The notes beneath the pieces were generated by a model. The model worked only from the letters and a program-made list of their open reading frames with translations. It did not search any database and was not told where the DNA came from. DNA of 64,000 bases, taken from NCBI GenBank assembly GCA_964035545.1, contig OZ037771.1:12833133-12897132 (forward strand), read 5' to 3'. This DNA comes from Bugula neritina (Eukaryota; Animalia; Bryozoa). Shown here piece by piece: positions 62,686 to 64,000 of this stretch. Made by a program: the position numbers and the translations under genes. Within the stretch, counting starts at the first letter, position 1. Each line of letters opens with the position of its first letter.

Positions 62686-63633
62686 ACTTCTTAGTCAACG
62701 AACTTTAAACAATGACTGGACTTATTAAAGATTTCAAAATATCAGGAATGAAGCTTGAACTTGTTCTGGTAACCTAAAAATTGTATAATTATGATTTAAT
62801 TATTAAGACCCACCATCTAAAACTTAAATAATTACAGTCGCTATTAAGAATTGAATTCAGTTTAACTGAGTATTGCATCGCTGGTGTTACAGTCTACATT
62901 TGATGGAAGTCATCTCTACATAGAAGTTATAAGAGTCAAGTCAAGACACTAACTAAACCTACAGAGCTTCAAGTAATGGCAAACAATGACTTGAGTTGAA
63001 TTAAGTTGCAAATTGTTGATCAAATTAATATACACATCAAATGCTTATTTAAAAATGATTAGTGCACATTAACAAAAATAATTTGGTGATTACTACAATT
63101 TAGCTAGACATAAAAATAAGTTGTAAAATTTAGTTTTAGCTGATAGTGTTAGCTCTATCTAATAGCTTTACTTTTTATTTTAGCTTTAGGTTAGATTATT
63201 TTTAATTTGCTGTTTAGTCAAGTTGGACAAAAAAAAATTAGTGAAATGGCTGAGGGCAAACTTAGAATAACAGGTTTGCTTTTTTAAAGACATAGAAAAA
63301 ATTTTTATGAACTGAAAGATGTTGCATGAAGTAAATTAATTACATAATAATACTCAAACATATATCACTTGTATCTAATATAATTTATACTCATAGTCAT
63401 TAGCTTCCTACCTTATCAGCAGGTTTTGTTCATGAAATGCAGTGCTAAATTTAAATAAATCAATCTCCCACCTATCAAAATGTCACTGTCAGTGTGGTAA
63501 ATGATGTATACTTATAGTACAACAATATTTATTTTAAGTAAAATATACACGATACTAAATAAGATACAACTAATACTAGATATCAACATCAATATGATAC
63601 AACTAGCATCATATTCATATTAATATTGGAAAA

Positions 63634-64000
63634 TGTAATGGTCAGTGGAAGTATACTCTCAAGTGTCCCCTGGTAAACATAATGCAATAGATTATGGTCA
63701 AAAACGGCAACTCCAAGTCATGCCGTCTTTACATGCGGTGCCCGCTAATACATGCGGCGGCACCGCCAATAAATGCGCCAATAACTGCGGACAATACTAC
63801 GGAAATCTGTGTCGACTAATCAGGGTCGACCACTCATTTATAAGCAACGCCTTTCAGCGCCCACGGTCAGTCTTGGACAGTACTAGTAACTATCAGGATA
63901 ACTATATGTAATCGCTTTGACCCTTGTATATTTTTCTCATTTATGTATCATACTTTTACTCGTGTGAAATTGACTAAATACAATCCTCTCGCTTCTATGA
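63634..64000 (+). mobile_element. LTR-like repeat related to 51587-51985 (runs off the window)
   Basis: TGTAATGG start; shared ATTATGGTCAA…CAACTCCAAGTCATGCCG…CATGCGGTGCCC and GCGCCCAC…CAGTCTTGGACAGTA blocks. Confidence 0.65.

Overview
AT-rich, intron-rich eukaryotic DNA from an invertebrate animal (inferred from the gene set; the species cannot be determined from sequence alone). Seven spliced genes were reconstructed by hand from GT-AG exon chains: (1) an unnamed protein with a Gln/Met/Pro/Asn repeat region and two matrin/U1-type C2H2 zinc fingers (+, 5' end outside the window); (2) ORC5 (-); (3) NOP9 (-); (4) mitochondrial ECI1 (-); (5) a GT7-family beta-1,4-glycosyltransferase (+); (6) a RIG-I-like DExH helicase with no visible CARD (-); and (7) a cathepsin O-like protease (-). 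Introns hold two unrelated ISL2EU-type DNA transposon derivatives, each with ~880-bp inverted arms and an AT target duplication, plus tRNA-derived SINEs, MITEs, two related LTR-like repeats and many minisatellites. The main leads are the shared fold-back architecture of the two transposons, minisatellites that copy splice sites, an over-represented RAAGACAACT motif often near 5' gene ends, and unusual residues or architecture in the glycosyltransferase, RLR and cathepsin. Exon boundaries were read by eye and may be off by a few bases. No database searches were run.
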